A stretch of 63,968 bases of DNA, filler included, from Choristocarpus tenellus KU-1152 (lineage: Eukaryota; Protista; Phaeophyceae), in the NCBI GenBank assembly GCA_964200185.2. It is 7 parts of 7 records of this genome, joined end to end, with 100 filler letters (N's around TTAATTAATTAA, not from the genome) between each part and the next. Parts side by side here need not be neighbours in the genome. Positions count along the whole stretch, not along the records: positions 59,021 to 63,968 come from CAXNAD020012417.1; 6 more parts are not named here. The stretch is one strand, 5' to 3'. The notes beneath the pieces were generated by a model, which did not search any database, had not been told where the DNA came from, and saw only the letters and a program-made list of their open reading frames with translations. A program made the translations under genes and the position numbers. Below are positions 62,501 to 63,968 of this stretch, in pieces; position 1 is the first letter of the stretch; each line of letters begins with the position of its first letter.

Positions 62501-63968
62501 AATAGCGCAATGGTGCCCTGAGGATGAATCTTCACCTACAAGCACTTAAACACCTCACGCAGGTGTATGTTGGTCACCTCTTCGTCGTTGGCGAGTCTTG
62601 GCTCGGCGGCAATGGACATTATGGCGAGCTTTGGCGCATTGCGGAAGGCGAACTCTTTCAGGTGGTCGAAAGGTACTGTAGGGTCGAGAGGGCGAAGGTC
62701 GTGTAGTGCAGTGTTCTCAGTCCTGGTTGGACATCATGACACATCACACAGTAGACAGACAGCACGACAAGAAGGATAGCGCCGTAAGCAACAGTGCAGG
62801 CAATCATATCATTAAGTGAGATCCTGACAATATTTCCACGGCATCCCCAAAATGTCAAGCCATACCCTCCACAACGCCAGGCCCATCAAATACATCTCAT
62901 GGAAGGAGGGTAGACGTCAAAATACTAACTTCCATGGCCCATGGAAACCTCCAAAAAAACGACACAGAATGACGCACAAAGGACAAACAATCCACATGAT
63001 ATACAAGCAGTCAAGACCTACGTGCAAACCAACGCGAAACCGAACACGCAGAGACGACTTGTATGTCCGTATAATGTGCAACCATGCCGAGACCCACATG
63101 CACTTCTCCATGTCGGCCGTTTCGCTGGGTGAGTGGGGACGTAAAAGGCTTTGCCTGGTGGGTGACCCGCCCGCGCTCCTTGCGTGATCCTTACCCTTGC
63201 CCTTGCCCCTGCCCCGACCCGCCGCTTCGTTCCCCACCGATCCAGACCCTTCACTGCCCTCCTGTGCCATGGGGCAATTGATACATAAAATCGATCCTTG
63301 TGCCTCTCGTCGCCTATAATCTCCACGTAGGCACATTCGCCCATATGCGTGATGGAGCACTTTGGGCATGAATACCTGTCGCACGTGTCATCGAACGAGA
63401 GCGTTAAACAGACAGGATAGTATTTTTCCAAATCATAATTGGGCGCAACAACGCAACGTGGGAATCCACAGTTACGAAGGACCACGAAATTGGCTGCGCA
63501 AAACAGCACGAAGTAGTACAGATGAGATACAACAGTCGGTGATGTACATACATTAACACACAATCGGACTGTGACAAATAAGAGACGTGGGGGGAACGAC
63601 CGCAGCGCCACAAACAGAGGGACCCCGCAAGTTCCACCGACTCAATGGCGTGCGACGCTGAAAAGATACAACGTAGTTACCCGTTCGGGGGATTGGATGG
63701 AAACCAATCTTACGCCATTAATTACCCTTCATCCTCGTGTGCACCGTTACAACTACACTACTCACTGAGACGTAGGTGGAGGATTGCATTCAGTACAGCA
63801 AACGCCCGCGTTCCACCCTCTATGGCCGTTTTGTTCTTCTCCCACACCAGGAACACTGCCGACAGAACCCCCTTCATCCGTATCCTCCCTGTCTGGCAGT
63901 CCATTTCCTCCCTCGTCTTCGTCCCCTCCTTTGTGTTCGTCCCCTCCCTCGTCTCCATCCCCTCCTTG
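59576..63968 (-). pseudogene. large multi-exon gene of unknown function with PHD-finger-like C4HC3 motif; carries frameshift(s) and an in-frame stop
   Basis: An exon ending at 63766 (ca|gtgagt) joins one starting at 63375 (cag|g tat) to give CCTECNPPPTSQYSCPKCSITHMGEC. LCINC follows only after a 1-nt frameshift near 63288. In-frame TAG at 62536-62538. Further exon-like blocks at ~62720-62330, ~62050-61655, ~61415-61190, ~60812-60614 and ~60205-59576. Confidence 0.5.

Overview
Eukaryotic nuclear DNA with intron-rich genes. The signal-peptide-bearing Cdc48, the thylakoid CYP38-type cyclophilin, the intron style and the TTAGGG repeats suggest a brown alga or close ochrophyte relative (inference). 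The window is not contiguous: seven contigs are joined by six identical 100-bp N44-TTAATTAATTAA-N44 linkers, so adjacency across them means nothing. Supported genes: the 3' part of a split-PH-domain gene (+, 637-3480), an IQ + RCC1-repeat gene (-, 4799-~9675), a complete 6-exon PIG-B GPI mannosyltransferase (+, 22279-28451), a DUF1764 gene (-, 39228-41399) head-to-head with the N-terminal 7 exons of a probably periplastid-targeted Cdc48 (+, 41807-48070), the 3' exons of a CYP38/TLP40-like cyclophilin (-, 53189-54830), and a large disrupted PHD-finger-like gene (-, 59576-63968). Mobile DNA: a decayed Ty1/copia element with two diverged LTRs (28910-~33300), a second copia integrase relic (~56.0-56.9 kb), and a family of ~250-bp GAG...CTC MITEs with 4-bp TSDs (Sola2-like). 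The MITEs comprise 9 copies of subfamilies A/B, one nested in another, plus 3 partial copies of a related subfamily C. I found no convincing new multi-gene system. The strongest leads are the MITE family, a CpG-deamination signature, telomeric repeats at a splice acceptor and the unknown PHD-like locus. All coordinates and alignments were read by eye.
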